A stretch of 64,000 nt of DNA from an uncultured Chthonomonadaceae bacterium. Its GTDB lineage: Bacteria; Armatimonadota; Chthonomonadetes; Chthonomonadales; Chthonomonadaceae. A program made the position numbers and the translations under genes. The notes beneath the pieces are model-generated. The model ran no database searches and was not told the DNA's origin. It saw only the letters and a program-made list of their open reading frames with translations. This document shows positions 21,406-33,373 of the stretch, piece after piece (the first letter of the stretch is position 1; the number at the start of each line of letters is the position of its first letter). The stretch lies in the NCBI GenBank assembly GCA_963817895.1, contig CAWFQB010000014.1, positions 672,001 through 736,000 on the forward strand, given 5' to 3'.

Positions 21406-22368
21406 TCATCGCGTAAATGGCTGGTTTACTTCCGCTTCGGAAAACGCCAGATTGCATGTCTCGCCGGTATCCTGTAGAATTTTGGCGGCGATGAGTTCGT
21501 TAGTTGGGGCCAGCGTGGCGAAATGGCTGACGCCGTTTAGCTCAATGAAATGCGTTTTTGGATTGGTGGAGGCTTTCGCCATTGCCCGCAGTGGCCCGCT
21601 GTTGCCCTCGCTGCCCTCAAAAACCCATGTGGGCGACTGAATGGAGTCCAGCCAGTAGCCGGGGGACCTTAACTCGACTTCCTGACGGTTGGAAGCGTCA
21701 AAAGGCAGAAATTCCGAGTTGGAGCCGTAATTGGAAACATCATCTATCGGGCCAAACGAGAACACGGCGCGGAAACCATCCGTTGACTCCGCGACGAGCA
21801 GAGCCAGAGTGCCGCCCGTGCTATGCCCGCCAAGATAGATGCGTTTTGGATCCACATAACTCTGTGCCTGCAAGTATTTCGCGGCGTGAAGCACATCATC
21901 CACTTCGCCCAAAAAGCCCTCTTTGATACCCGGATTCGTGTTGCCGCCGCGCAGCGAGGGGAACATCATGATGATGCCCGCCTGACGATAAGCCGCCGCC
22001 GTTTGATCATTATCGCGACCGGCGGGCGACCACACATCTCCAATGGAATTGCAGTCGCCGCCCGTAATCCAGACAATTGCCGGATGCTTTTTGCCGTCAC
22101 CGGGATCGGGAGTAAGGTACGCGGCCAGATTGCCGCTCGGCGCCGGGTAGGTAATGGCGCGGAAGATACTCGGCGGGGGCGCGTCCACCGGTTCCCTCGC
22201 GGCGCTCCGGGGCGACAGCCGGGTCTTGAAACCGCTACGCGCCTGCGGCAGGGATTGGGTTTGCCCGGACAACGGCTTTTGGGGAGCGCAGCCCGCGAAC
22301 AAAAGCAGCAGCGCGAAAACGTGAAGGTAATGAAGGGACAAACGATTTACTTGAAATGAGTTGTTCAT
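21406..22368 (-). CDS. Lipoprotein alpha/beta hydrolase (prolyl oligopeptidase-like)
   Basis: FAGC lipobox, GHSTGG nucleophile elbow, SHF catalytic His. Confidence 0.85.
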   Translation of the reverse strand: MNNSFQVNRLSLHYLHVFALLLLFAGCAPQKPLSGQTQSLPQARSGFKTRLSPRSAAREPVDAPPPSIFRAITYPAPSGNLAAYLTPDPGDGKKHPAIVWITGGDCNSIGDVWSPAGRDNDQTAAAYRQAGIIMMFPSLRGGNTNPGIKEGFLGEVDDVLHAAKYLQAQSYVDPKRIYLGGHSTGGTLALLVAESTDGFRAVFSFGPIDDVSNYGSNSEFLPFDASNRQEVELRSPGYWLDSIQSPTWVFEGSEGNSGPLRAMAKASTNPKTHFIELNGVSHFATLAPTNELIAAKILQDTGETCNLAFSEAEVNQPFTR

Positions 22369-23045
22369 CAGTTTTGCGGGGCGGACTCGTCGAGTGGTGG
22401 AGCAAGGGTGTCGCGCCACTCTTTGGTTTGTAATCGGGCGCGGTGAGAGGCTTCCCGCGCCTGCTGCAATATCTCATCGCTCGGCAGAGCATCTTCGATC
22501 TCCTCGGCTTCCGTGGCGACGATACGATCCGCGAACACGCAGCCAAGCCCCGCCGTAAATCCTGTGCCGCACAACAGCAACGCCTGCCAGCTGAAACGCC
22601 AGAAGAGATTCACCACGCCCATGCCGAGAAAATACAGGGAGGCCGCGCCGAAATAGCAGCGCCGCGCCCATACGGTTCCCGGCTGCCGGGTTTCCACAAC
22701 GCCCGCCATCGCCGCCAGACCCGCTACCGTAAGCAGCGCGACGTTGCGGCCCACTTCGTAGCTTTCGTAGTTGAGTTGGGGAGGCAGCCACACCCGAGAC
22801 AGGCGCACAATATCCCGCAGCGCCAGAAACGATACGCCATAACATAGCGTAATCATCAACAGGTGGCGCAGGCGCGGATGCACGAGGATGGAAACGGCCA
22901 GCAGCGTTACCAGCGGCAGCGCTTCCAGACGCCCCACGCTCGATGTGGAAAGATAAGGCTCGACGCGAACCGCTATGTAGGCTACGCCCGCCGAAACGGC
23001 CGTCATCCACCAGAACGTCATGGATTGCGTTTGCTTTGTCGTCAC
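22368..23045 (-). CDS. Hypothetical multi-pass membrane protein
   Basis: About six hydrophobic segments and a charged C-terminus. Confidence 0.65.
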   Translation of the reverse strand: MTTKQTQSMTFWWMTAVSAGVAYIAVRVEPYLSTSSVGRLEALPLVTLLAVSILVHPRLRHLLMITLCYGVSFLALRDIVRLSRVWLPPQLNYESYEVGRNVALLTVAGLAAMAGVVETRQPGTVWARRCYFGAASLYFLGMGVVNLFWRFSWQALLLCGTGFTAGLGCVFADRIVATEAEEIEDALPSDEILQQAREASHRARLQTKEWRDTLAPPLDESAPQN

Positions 23046-23441
23046 CAGAGTTCCTCTCGCAGACAGCGCGCGACTCGCCTGCGCAGAATTGCCGACACCA
23101 AACGGGGTTAGGATTGCTGTTCCCGCCTGTGCTACAATGCGCAGGCAAACCTATCGGAATGTGAATCGAATGTGTTAGTATACAGATTCCCCACCATTCT
23201 GTCAACATGCTGTAACACGAGTTTCTGCTATGAATTGGTTCCCTTTAGAACAGGCTTGATTTCCGCGTAATGTGGCATGGGGATCGCGCCTGCGGTTTCC
23301 GATGATTTTAATAGAAACGTCCCGATAAAACAGGAATTTCGCCGGATTTGTCGAACTTGGTTCCACCGGGCAGTTTATCCTGCTGCGGAATGGTATTTCA
23401 CGCTAAAATCACGCTCTCTTCGAGGAGGAGTTGTCTTTCTT

Positions 23442-25100
<1,659 letters not shown>

Positions 25101-25102
25101 AA

Positions 25103-25163
25103 AGTGAGAGTGGAGAGTGAGAGTGAGAGAAAAGACCTGATTACTCTCACTTTCCACTCTCAC
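25103..25163. repeat. Hairpin of GTGAGA(GT) tandem units; same unit again at 28394-28442
   Basis: gtgagagtggagagtgagagtgagag versus actctcactttccactctcac. Confidence 0.75.
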
Positions 25164-25174
25164 TTGGAGACTTT

Positions 25175-26014
25175 ATGTCCCGCACTATAACGGTGATTAC
25201 GCCGGAAAATATAACGATTACCTATCAGGCGGCGGGAATCGCGTCGCGGTTTATGGCCGTGATTGTGGATTTGCTGATTCAGATGGCGAGTATGCTGCTT
25301 GTAGTGCTGACGGTACAGGCGCTGTCGGGCGGCAGTGAGCATAGCAGCGTCGGGCCGGCCAGTCTGGTATCCACGATTGGCATCATCCTCGTGGGCATCG
25401 TGATTCCGTTCGCGTATTCCATCTTTTTCGAGATGATCTGGGGCGGCAGGACACCGGGCAAACGCCTGTTCGGGCTGCGGGCGGTGCGGGACGGCGGCTA
25501 CCCGATTAATTTCTTCAGCAGCGTGGTTCGCAACATTCTGCGCATCATTGATTTCGGGCTTGTGCCGCTTGCCACGCCCCTGATTTTATGCGGGCTGCCG
25601 GGACTGGCCTGCATGTTTCTCAGCCCCACGTACAAGCGCATTGGCGATTACGCGGCGGGTACGCTGGTGGTTGTGGATAACATCGCAACCGAAAATTCGC
25701 AGCCAAAAACCCGGCGCGGCAGGCGCAAGGCGGCGAATTTGGCCCCGGCTGTGAGCGTGGATACCGTTGCCCCGTTTCTGCCACTGGTGAAAAATGTGGA
25801 TCGCCTGACGCGGGAAGAGTACGAATTGATACGCCGTTTTACGACGCGCCGTAATCAGTTCGATCTTGTGGTTCAGGCGGGGCTTGCCGAGCGGCTGGCG
25901 CGTCCCCTGCTGGCTAAATTGGACATGAACATCGCCATGCATTATCAACTTCAGTATCTGGACGCGCTGCTGGCGATTGAACGCCGCTATGCGGAGGAGC
26001 GCGGCCTGTTGTGA
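25175..26014 (+). CDS. RDD family membrane protein
   Basis: TPENI...Y..AG..SRF.A...D, GRTPGKR..GLR.V, RNILR.ID, RIGD..AGT.VV. Confidence 0.9.
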   Translation: MSRTITVITPENITITYQAAGIASRFMAVIVDLLIQMASMLLVVLTVQALSGGSEHSSVGPASLVSTIGIILVGIVIPFAYSIFFEMIWGGRTPGKRLFGLRAVRDGGYPINFFSSVVRNILRIIDFGLVPLATPLILCGLPGLACMFLSPTYKRIGDYAAGTLVVVDNIATENSQPKTRRGRRKAANLAPAVSVDTVAPFLPLVKNVDRLTREEYELIRRFTTRRNQFDLVVQAGLAERLARPLLAKLDMNIAMHYQLQYLDALLAIERRYAEERGLL

Positions 26015-28398
26015 CATTTCCAGAACCCTTATCCCCGCCGGTTGAAAACACGCCTGAACATAACGAAGCCGCGATTCTGCCGGACGAACCTTCAGCCGTA
26101 TCGGTTACGCCTGCGGATGATTCCGACAACGGTTCCATATTGATGGGCGAACCTGTGTCTTCGGCGGAAACTTTGCCGTTGATGGATGAACCTCATACGG
26201 CAAGTGCGGAACCCGCCACCCTGCCGGATGAAGAGTTGCCTGTCCCTGCGCCGGATACGCCGGTAACATCCGTTCCCCTCTCGTTTGCGGCTTCGCTCAG
26301 GATGGCCGCGCTGCCCACCCTCGCGTTTCTGCTTGTCGGGCTGCTGTTGGGATTGCGGGTTGTCGCGCAGGCAACGCTGCCGCACATTTTTCAGCCGGGG
26401 GATTACGTCACGTACCAGAACGTGGTGGATGGGCTGCCCGTGCCGCGTCCGCTCGACTGGAATACGGAACTGCTGGATTTTCTGGCGGGACTGCGCGACC
26501 TTTCTGGCGTGACGCTGCCCCTGCTGGTTTTGTTTGTGATTGGCCCGCTGTGGCTCATCATCGTGCGCCGGGTGAACCCCACTTTTCGATTGACAAGCCA
26601 TACGCCGCCTACCCCTGATAACTCCGCTGCGGGAGAAGCCGTTGCCTCATCCGCAAAAACTTCCGCTGCAACGCGGTCTACCGCATCCGCCGCGCTTTCT
26701 ACGCCGCTGGAATTTTATGGATTGATTAAAGCGCTCACCCTGCTTGTGGCGTTGGGGATGCCTGTGGGAGCCGTGTGGATACTCGTGGATTGGGAGGATT
26801 TCTCCACCCCATCAACGCAATTTGACTTTGCCCCGAACAGTGGCCTACTCATCGGTTCTGTTTGGGCGCTGCGGCTTGCCCTGTTGGGAGCGATGTTGTG
26901 GGCGGGATTTCACCGGGACGGACTGGCGGGGGATTTTACTCACCCGGAATGGAATCCTTCCCGCCGTAAACTGCCGATGCTGGCCCTGCGCGGCGCGTGT
27001 TTCGGCCTGCTGGCGTACATTGCCTGCCGCGCCGGACTGCCACAGCATCTTGAAGATGTGTTGATTCGCCTGCAAACACTCGGCGGTTTCAATATCCAAA
27101 CGTGGAATCAGATTGCCGTTCATGTCCTGCTCAGTTTCGGCCTTGTGTGGTTCGCGCTCGGCAGTTTGTTCGCGTTTTTCAGTCCCCTACCGAATGTTCG
27201 CTCAAGCCGCGCCCTGCTGCTATTGCCCCTGCTTGCCTGCCTGCTGGCGGGAGGGGTACAGCGCAGATTATCGCAGGAATCGCTGGCGTCGCGCTACGAC
27301 ATTCGGCCTGCCGTCCTGCAAACCATACCGGATAACATGCCTTATAAACCGGATGTATCCGCATCGGGCATTCCCGAAGGCATGGAAGCGAGCCGGGAGT
27401 TGGCGCGGGAACTGCATCTGCCCTTCAACCCGCCCGCCAATCCGCCCGGACGAACGCTGGTACTGTTCACGCCGGAACAGCCCCTGCTCGCGTTCCAAAA
27501 TAATCTGACACTGGACGGATTTGCGCCCGATGCCGCGCTGGTTACGCAAACCACGCAGTTTCTCCAGAAGCGCGATTATCAGTCCGCGCTCTCGTGGGTG
27601 GCAAGCAAAAACCTGTTCAATGTTCCCCTGCTGCGCTTCGATACGACGGGGGCAATTCGCGTCAGTTTACAAGATTTGGCGCATTACCCGCACAACGCGC
27701 AATTCGCGCCCACGCTGGAACAGATGTTTGCCGTGTGCGCCGCCACGCCCGAAAACGAGGCGTTGCTGGATCAGTGGGCGGATGAGTCGAAGTTCGCGTT
27801 TCCTGACCGGGAGAGTCGCCGACTGATGGGCGACCTGTACCGGCGGTTCGGCAACATCAAACAGGCGTTGATATGGTATCGCAAAGCCGATATGCCCGCC
27901 ACATTCATGCAGCGCGTGGGAGCGGAACAGCCGATGTTTGGAGAGGGAACCGTACACGGCGTTTTGCGCTGGAACGGCAAACCGCTTGCCGGGGCGCAAG
28001 TGGCCGTTGTCCCCTACCTGATGAACGGCCTGCCCGTTATTCCGCCCTTGATGAACGGCATACCGGTCAGCATGGAGGCGCAGGTGCGGGGCGCGTTATT
28101 AAGCATGTTGAACCCCATACCCCGCGTTAATCCCGACCTGTTTCCCCCCTACCATCCCTTTCCGTGGCAACTTCGGTTTATCAGCGCGTCCGCCACAACG
28201 GACAGACGGGGCGCGTACCGCATTGACCATCTGACGGAGGGAACGTACAGCGCGATATGTACGTTGCCCGATGGCATACACACCACGCTGCCGGTAGACA
28301 ATCGCCTGCGCATCACCCACCCCATTCCGCGCTTCAACCTGAACTACGGACAAAAGGGCTATGATTTGGGGACGACGGAGTTTGAGTGGATAAAGTGA
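26011..28398 (+). CDS. Large hypothetical membrane protein (multi-TM, TPR-like, C-terminal carboxypeptidase-regulatory-like domain)
   Basis: Several TM helices, MGDLYRRFGN..QAL.WYRKA, G.V.G......GKPLAGAQV ... TDRRGAYRIDHL.EGTY. Confidence 0.65.
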   Translation: MTFPEPLSPPVENTPEHNEAAILPDEPSAVSVTPADDSDNGSILMGEPVSSAETLPLMDEPHTASAEPATLPDEELPVPAPDTPVTSVPLSFAASLRMAALPTLAFLLVGLLLGLRVVAQATLPHIFQPGDYVTYQNVVDGLPVPRPLDWNTELLDFLAGLRDLSGVTLPLLVLFVIGPLWLIIVRRVNPTFRLTSHTPPTPDNSAAGEAVASSAKTSAATRSTASAALSTPLEFYGLIKALTLLVALGMPVGAVWILVDWEDFSTPSTQFDFAPNSGLLIGSVWALRLALLGAMLWAGFHRDGLAGDFTHPEWNPSRRKLPMLALRGACFGLLAYIACRAGLPQHLEDVLIRLQTLGGFNIQTWNQIAVHVLLSFGLVWFALGSLFAFFSPLPNVRSSRALLLLPLLACLLAGGVQRRLSQESLASRYDIRPAVLQTIPDNMPYKPDVSASGIPEGMEASRELARELHLPFNPPANPPGRTLVLFTPEQPLLAFQNNLTLDGFAPDAALVTQTTQFLQKRDYQSALSWVASKNLFNVPLLRFDTTGAIRVSLQDLAHYPHNAQFAPTLEQMFAVCAATPENEALLDQWADESKFAFPDRESRRLMGDLYRRFGNIKQALIWYRKADMPATFMQRVGAEQPMFGEGTVHGVLRWNGKPLAGAQVAVVPYLMNGLPVIPPLMNGIPVSMEAQVRGALLSMLNPIPRVNPDLFPPYHPFPWQLRFISASATTDRRGAYRIDHLTEGTYSAICTLPDGIHTTLPVDNRLRITHPIPRFNLNYGQKGYDLGTTEFEWIK

Positions 28399-28453
28399 GA
28401 GTGAGAGCAAATGCGTATGTACTCTCACTCTCACTCTCCACTTGGAGTTTTCT

Positions 28454-29227
28454 ATGACCGACATTGACATCAACTATGTGCAGCAGGTGGCGCGGGAGGC
28501 GGGAATTCGGGCGGTTTCCATGCTCGACGGCATGAAGCCGGAACTGAAGGCCGACAACTCCTACGTCACCAACATTGACCGCGAAGTGGAAGAGTTTGTC
28601 CGCGCCCGGTTGGAGGAGCTATACCCGGATTTCGCTTTTTTGGGCGAGGAGTTCGGGCGGCATGGCGAAGCGGATGCGCCATTGTGGGCGGTGGACCCCA
28701 TTGACGGCACGACCAACATGGTGTTCGGCCTGCCCTTCTGGTGCGTGTCTATCGGCCTGATCGTGGGCGGGGAAGCGATTGCGGGAGCCATTTATATGCC
28801 GCGCACGGGCGACATGTTTCATGGGCAAAAGGGGCAGGGCGCGTTCTGTAACGGCGTCCGGTTACAGGCGCAGGACCGCGACAAACTCCATGCGGAAGAC
28901 ACGCTCGGCTTCACCAGCGCGGCCATCAAGAATTTGGACGTGTCCGTACTGCGCGGCAGGCTGCGGTGTCTTGGCAGTATCGCGCTCGACATCGCGTATA
29001 CCGCCAAAGGAAGTTTGTGCTGTCTGGTCGGCTGGAGCGAGGGCGCGTATGACATGGCCGCCGCCCTGTGCATCGCCAAAGAAGCGGGCTGCATCGCCGA
29101 ATACCTGTCCGGCGAACCGCTGAATTTAACCCATATCCTGCGCGACGGCAAAACCCTCGCGCCCTTCACCGTCGCCCCGCCCCGCCTCGCCGCCCTGCTG
29201 CAAGCCAACCTGCACCGCAGAACGTAG
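28454..29227 (+). CDS. Inositol monophosphatase family protein
   Basis: VT..D..VE, GEE, W.VDPIDGTTN, GS.ALD, YD.AA. Confidence 0.92.
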   Translation: MTDIDINYVQQVAREAGIRAVSMLDGMKPELKADNSYVTNIDREVEEFVRARLEELYPDFAFLGEEFGRHGEADAPLWAVDPIDGTTNMVFGLPFWCVSIGLIVGGEAIAGAIYMPRTGDMFHGQKGQGAFCNGVRLQAQDRDKLHAEDTLGFTSAAIKNLDVSVLRGRLRCLGSIALDIAYTAKGSLCCLVGWSEGAYDMAAALCIAKEAGCIAEYLSGEPLNLTHILRDGKTLAPFTVAPPRLAALLQANLHRRT

Positions 29228-29234
29228 GAGAGAT

Positions 29235-29437
29235 AAACCACGGGGAACACGGGGGACACGGGGAGGAGAAGAGGGGAAATAGACAGGATTAAACAGGATT
29301 GAAAACAAAAACAAAGTATCAGCCTCTTTGCATGATCTGCGTTCATCCGTTCTATTCGTTTCATCCGTGGTAAATTTCCCCTGTTTTCCTTTGTTCTTCC
29401 CCTCTCCTCCCCGTGTCCCCCGTGTTCCCCGTGGTTT
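29235..29437. repeat. Composite inverted repeat between convergent genes (CACGGGG units plus an ACAGGATT unit)
   Basis: aaaccacggggaacacgggggacacggggaggaga versus tctcctccccgtgtcccccgtgttccccgtggttt. Confidence 0.85.
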
Positions 29438-30302
29438 AGTCTGATCTGATTCCTGCGTGTTGGAAGATGGTATCAAGCGCGGTGGACACGGTTTGCAGGC
29501 GGGCGTCGTCGGAGGGCAGGGCGTCGAGTTCTTTTGCAAAGGGTTCTGCGACAACGGGGCCTTCATAGCCGATGGTTTGCAGGGATTGCAGGAAGCCCAC
29601 GATGTTGATAACGCCGGTTACGCCGGGCAGGCCGCGTTTGTTGTCTACCTGCGCGTCGATTTCCACATCGGCGGGCGCGTCGTTGACGTGGACATAGACG
29701 ACCTGTTCCGGCGTCAGGTTGCGCAGTTCGGCAACGGTTCCGTGTGACGTGTGCCAATGCCAGCAATCCAGAAGCAGGCCGACGTTGGGGCCAATCTGCC
29801 GCGCCATGTCCAGCATTTGCGGCATGGTATGAATGAACGGGAACTTCTGGCTGTCGCGCAGTGTTTTCGGGCCAATGAATTCCAGTCCGAGATGAACCCC
29901 TTCCTGTTCCAGGATGTGGGCAATCGGCTGAAACCGCCCAATGTGGTAGGCCAAATTCTCTTCCCATTCGCGCTCATTGGAACACGGCATAATCCATGTG
30001 GACACGCGGGTTCCGCCAATCGCCGCGGCGGCTTTGGCAAGTCGGGGCAAGTCGTGCAGTTCCGCCCGCCACTTCTCTTCCGGCCCGCGCCAATCTGTCG
30101 GCAAGCCCCACCCCGCCGGTTTCACGTTCGCGCCGGCAAACAGGTCTTTCACGGCTTCCACGCCCTGCTCGTCAATGAGCGTCGCCACTTCCTGCGGGCT
30201 GAATTCAACGCCCGCAAAGCCGTGTTGGGCGGCAAGCGCAATCGCGTTGGACAAATTGCCCGCCCGGACGCCGATAGCCCCCGCGCTCAATGCTTTATAC
30301 AT
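29436..30302 (-). CDS. Sugar phosphate isomerase/epimerase (xylose isomerase-like TIM barrel)
   Basis: GFAGVE, LGLEF, GLLLDCWH, VHVND, R.LPG..G.I, GY.G.V..E. Confidence 0.85.
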   Translation of the reverse strand: MYKALSAGAIGVRAGNLSNAIALAAQHGFAGVEFSPQEVATLIDEQGVEAVKDLFAGANVKPAGWGLPTDWRGPEEKWRAELHDLPRLAKAAAAIGGTRVSTWIMPCSNEREWEENLAYHIGRFQPIAHILEQEGVHLGLEFIGPKTLRDSQKFPFIHTMPQMLDMARQIGPNVGLLLDCWHWHTSHGTVAELRNLTPEQVVYVHVNDAPADVEIDAQVDNKRGLPGVTGVINIVGFLQSLQTIGYEGPVVAEPFAKELDALPSDDARLQTVSTALDTIFQHAGIRSD

Positions 30303-30344
30303 GATACAATCCTCCAAAATCAGTTTAGAACCTATTCCGATAGA

Positions 30345-30393
30345 CCGGGGATTGAAAATCCCCGGCAGGAAAGTGCAAGCGTCCTGCGGACGC
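30345..30393 (+). repeat. REP-like double-palindrome element, copy 1 of 5 (others at 39651-39698, 39737-39785, 58313-58367, 58391-58444)
   Basis: CCGGGGATTGAAAATCCCCGG followed by GCAAGCGTCCT(T/G)CGGACGC. Confidence 0.8.
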
Positions 30394-30446
30394 GGATGCT
30401 ATGCCGATCAAGATTGGCGCTTTGTTTGAGATTTATGACTGCGGGG

Positions 30447-31232
30447 TTATTCTGCATTTTCGTTAGGATTTCCTGCGTTCAATCCGGCTCGGAGCAGGTG
30501 AGCGGGATCGGAGGCGATAGGAGCGGCGGGGCGAAGCAGAATGTCGGGGGTTGCGGTTTGGCTGTCGGAAGCGCGTAACAGAGTGTGCTGGATTTCCTGA
30601 CGCTCGGCGTTGGCCTGTAAAAATGGCAGGCACTCCTGCGCGGCGCGGATGACTTCAGGATTCGCTTTCGCTTTGCCTTTTAGCTTGCCATTCGCAAGGT
30701 TCTGCACGGCGTTCCAATCGCGCATATCGCCTACCTGTTCCAGCGTATGAAGCAGAATCAGCGTGAGTTCCGTATCCTGTTGTTTGAGGATGCCGTGTAG
30801 ATGCTGTCGCTGCGTGGTGCTGAGCAAATCGGCATCGGTGGACTGAAGACGCGGCAGCAATATTTTGAGCGCGTCGCGGGCAATCTTTTTCAATTCCACA
30901 TCTTCAAAGCCAAGCACGTCCGCCATTGCGCCACACGCCTGCTTGTCCTCTATACTGGCAAGTTTTTTAACCAGATATTGGCGCTTATTGCTGTTGATCA
31001 GATACGCAAGCATCATTGCACTCACATTAACTGTCTGTAACGCTAAGTTGACGTAGTTCAATTTGTTGTGCCAACCAAACACATGCGCTAGCAGGAAGTA
31101 GATGGGCAACCCTGCCACCCAACTAAATGCTATTCCTATACGGACTTTATATAAGGCTCTGGCTTTACGCGCTTCCCGCTTCATTGCGGTGAGCAGGCTA
31201 TCAAGTTGTGGGGATGTGTCGTACAGTTCCAT
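30447..31232 (-). CDS. Two-TM protein with HEAT-like helical domain and triple-LLR C-terminal tail
   Basis: Two hydrophobic helices, ARDALKILLPRL, LEQVGD, tail TLLRAS..PDILLRP..PAHLLRA. Confidence 0.7.
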   Translation of the reverse strand: MELYDTSPQLDSLLTAMKREARKARALYKVRIGIAFSWVAGLPIYFLLAHVFGWHNKLNYVNLALQTVNVSAMMLAYLINSNKRQYLVKKLASIEDKQACGAMADVLGFEDVELKKIARDALKILLPRLQSTDADLLSTTQRQHLHGILKQQDTELTLILLHTLEQVGDMRDWNAVQNLANGKLKGKAKANPEVIRAAQECLPFLQANAERQEIQHTLLRASDSQTATPDILLRPAAPIASDPAHLLRAGLNAGNPNENAE

Positions 31233-31319
31233 GCGTGAATATTCTCTGTTGGATTGCGCTTTCCCTGTGCGCTGAAACGTAGTTTGTACTGGTTGTTGAT
31301 TATTTCCGCTTTGTTGCTC

Positions 31320-32780
31320 ATGATGAAATTGAATTCACACGATACCATTGCCGCTGTTGCCACGCCGCCGGGAGAGGGCGGGATTGCCGTTATTCGCGTT
31401 TCGGGACCGGACGCGCTGACGGTTGCGAGTCGCGTGTTCCGTTCGCGCAATGCCGGGGATGCTACGCAATGGGCGGGTTATACCGTGCGCTACGGGCAAT
31501 TTGTCGAACCGGAAAGCGGCGACATTGTTGACGATGGCCTGCTGACCGTGTTTCGCGGCCCACACTCTTATACGGGCGAAGATACCATTGAACTCTCCTG
31601 TCATGGAGGGCGCGTCACTTCAGCGCGAACCCTGCAACTCACACTGGACGCCGGGGCGCGATTGGCCCTTCCCGGCGAGTTCACGCAGCGCGCGTTTTTG
31701 AACGGGCGCATGGATCTGGCGCAGGCGGAGGCGGTTGCGGATGTGATTCGAGCGCGGACGGAGGGGGCGCAGCGGGTGGCGAGACAGCAGCTTGACGGCG
31801 CGTTGTCCCAGGCAATTGTCAAACTGAAAGACGAACTCATCGGCATTGTGGCTGCTATCGAAGTGACGATTGATTACAGCGATGAGGTCGGCGATCTGGA
31901 ACACGCCCTGATTTTGCCGCGCATTGAAGCCGCGCGTTCGGAAATCGCGCGCCTGCTGTCCACAGCGGAACGGGGGCGGATTTTGCGGGAGGGTTTGCGC
32001 GTCGCCATTGTGGGCCGTCCCAATGTCGGCAAATCGTCCCTGCTCAACGCGCTTTTGCGGCAGGAACGCGCCATTGTCACGCCGATTGCAGGCACAACGC
32101 GCGATCTGGTTGAGGAATCCGCCAACATCGGCGGCGTACCCGTCGTGTTTGTGGATACGGCGGGTATCCGCTCAACCGACGATGTTGTGGAAAGCATCGG
32201 GGTGGAACGAGCGCGTAAAGCCGCCGGTCATGCCGACATTATCCTGTGGGTTCTGGACGCGACAACAGAATTTACGAGTGAAGACGAGGAGATTGGCATC
32301 TGGCTCGGAAACGAGACGGAAACTCCTGTCATTATTGTGGTGAACAAGTGCGACATGGCTTCCGGCGAGAATTACGTTGATAATGCGGCGGTTGGTCGGT
32401 TGGGAGCGTTGTCCTCTACCCGAATTCGCTATGCGTATCTTTCCGCTAAAACAGGAGAAGGGCTGGACACGCTGGAAGCGAATTTAGTTGCCCGCGCTTC
32501 CAAAAATCTTTCTTCCGATGCGGAACAGGCCGCGAATTCGATCCACAACCATGAAACCGTTGACGCCGTTGTTGTCGCCAATGCGCGGCACAAGCAGGCG
32601 TTAGCCGCCGCCTATGCCAGTTTGCAGGAGGCGGAAGCCACCACACGGCTGTTGTTGCCCGGTGACTTCATCGCCATTGACGCGCGGGGCGCGTTGGACG
32701 CGCTCGGCCAGATTACGGGCGAAACCGTCACCGAAGACATTATTCATCGCATTTTTCGGGATTTTTGCGTTGGAAAATAG
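31320..32780 (+). CDS. mnmE: tRNA modification GTPase MnmE/TrmE
   Basis: DTIAAVATPPG, GEFTQRAFLNG, GRPNVGKSS, GTTRD, DTAG, NKCD, FCVGK. Confidence 0.97.
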   Translation: MMKLNSHDTIAAVATPPGEGGIAVIRVSGPDALTVASRVFRSRNAGDATQWAGYTVRYGQFVEPESGDIVDDGLLTVFRGPHSYTGEDTIELSCHGGRVTSARTLQLTLDAGARLALPGEFTQRAFLNGRMDLAQAEAVADVIRARTEGAQRVARQQLDGALSQAIVKLKDELIGIVAAIEVTIDYSDEVGDLEHALILPRIEAARSEIARLLSTAERGRILREGLRVAIVGRPNVGKSSLLNALLRQERAIVTPIAGTTRDLVEESANIGGVPVVFVDTAGIRSTDDVVESIGVERARKAAGHADIILWVLDATTEFTSEDEEIGIWLGNETETPVIIVVNKCDMASGENYVDNAAVGRLGALSSTRIRYAYLSAKTGEGLDTLEANLVARASKNLSSDAEQAANSIHNHETVDAVVVANARHKQALAAAYASLQEAEATTRLLLPGDFIAIDARGALDALGQITGETVTEDIIHRIFRDFCVGK

Positions 32781-33373
32781 GGGAGATCAAATTGACAACT
32801 ACTGCCGCGCAGCAGGCGCAAAGCGGGCTTACCGGGGGCGTGACGCGGGAAACGCTTCCCAACGGCCTGACGGTCTTGATTAAAGCGAACCATGCCGCCC
32901 CGGTTGCCGCCGTGCTGGTGTCCATCAAGGCCGGGTACTTTCAGGAAGAGGATCGCGTCAACGGGATCGCGCATGTCATTGAACATATGCTGTTCAAAGG
33001 CACGACAAAGCGGCCCGAAGATGAGCAGATTGCCCGCGAAGTGCGCGAGTTGGGCGGCTATATAAACGCGGGAACCTATTACGAGGAGACTACTTACTAT
33101 TTGACGGTTCCCTCGCGGCATGTCCTTGCGGCAATGGATATACTCGCGGACGCCTGCCAGAACTCGCTTTTCGACGGGGAGGAACTGGCGAAAGAGATCG
33201 AAGTGATTGTACAGGAGAGCCTGCAAAAGCGGGACAATCCCAACGCCATGCTGCTCGAATCGCTGTACGCCCTTGCCTTTGACGCGCACCGTATCCGCCG
33301 ATGGCGTATCGGACACCCGGAAACGCTACGGGCGTTCCGTTCCGACGATTTGAAACAGTTCGCAGCCGATAAC

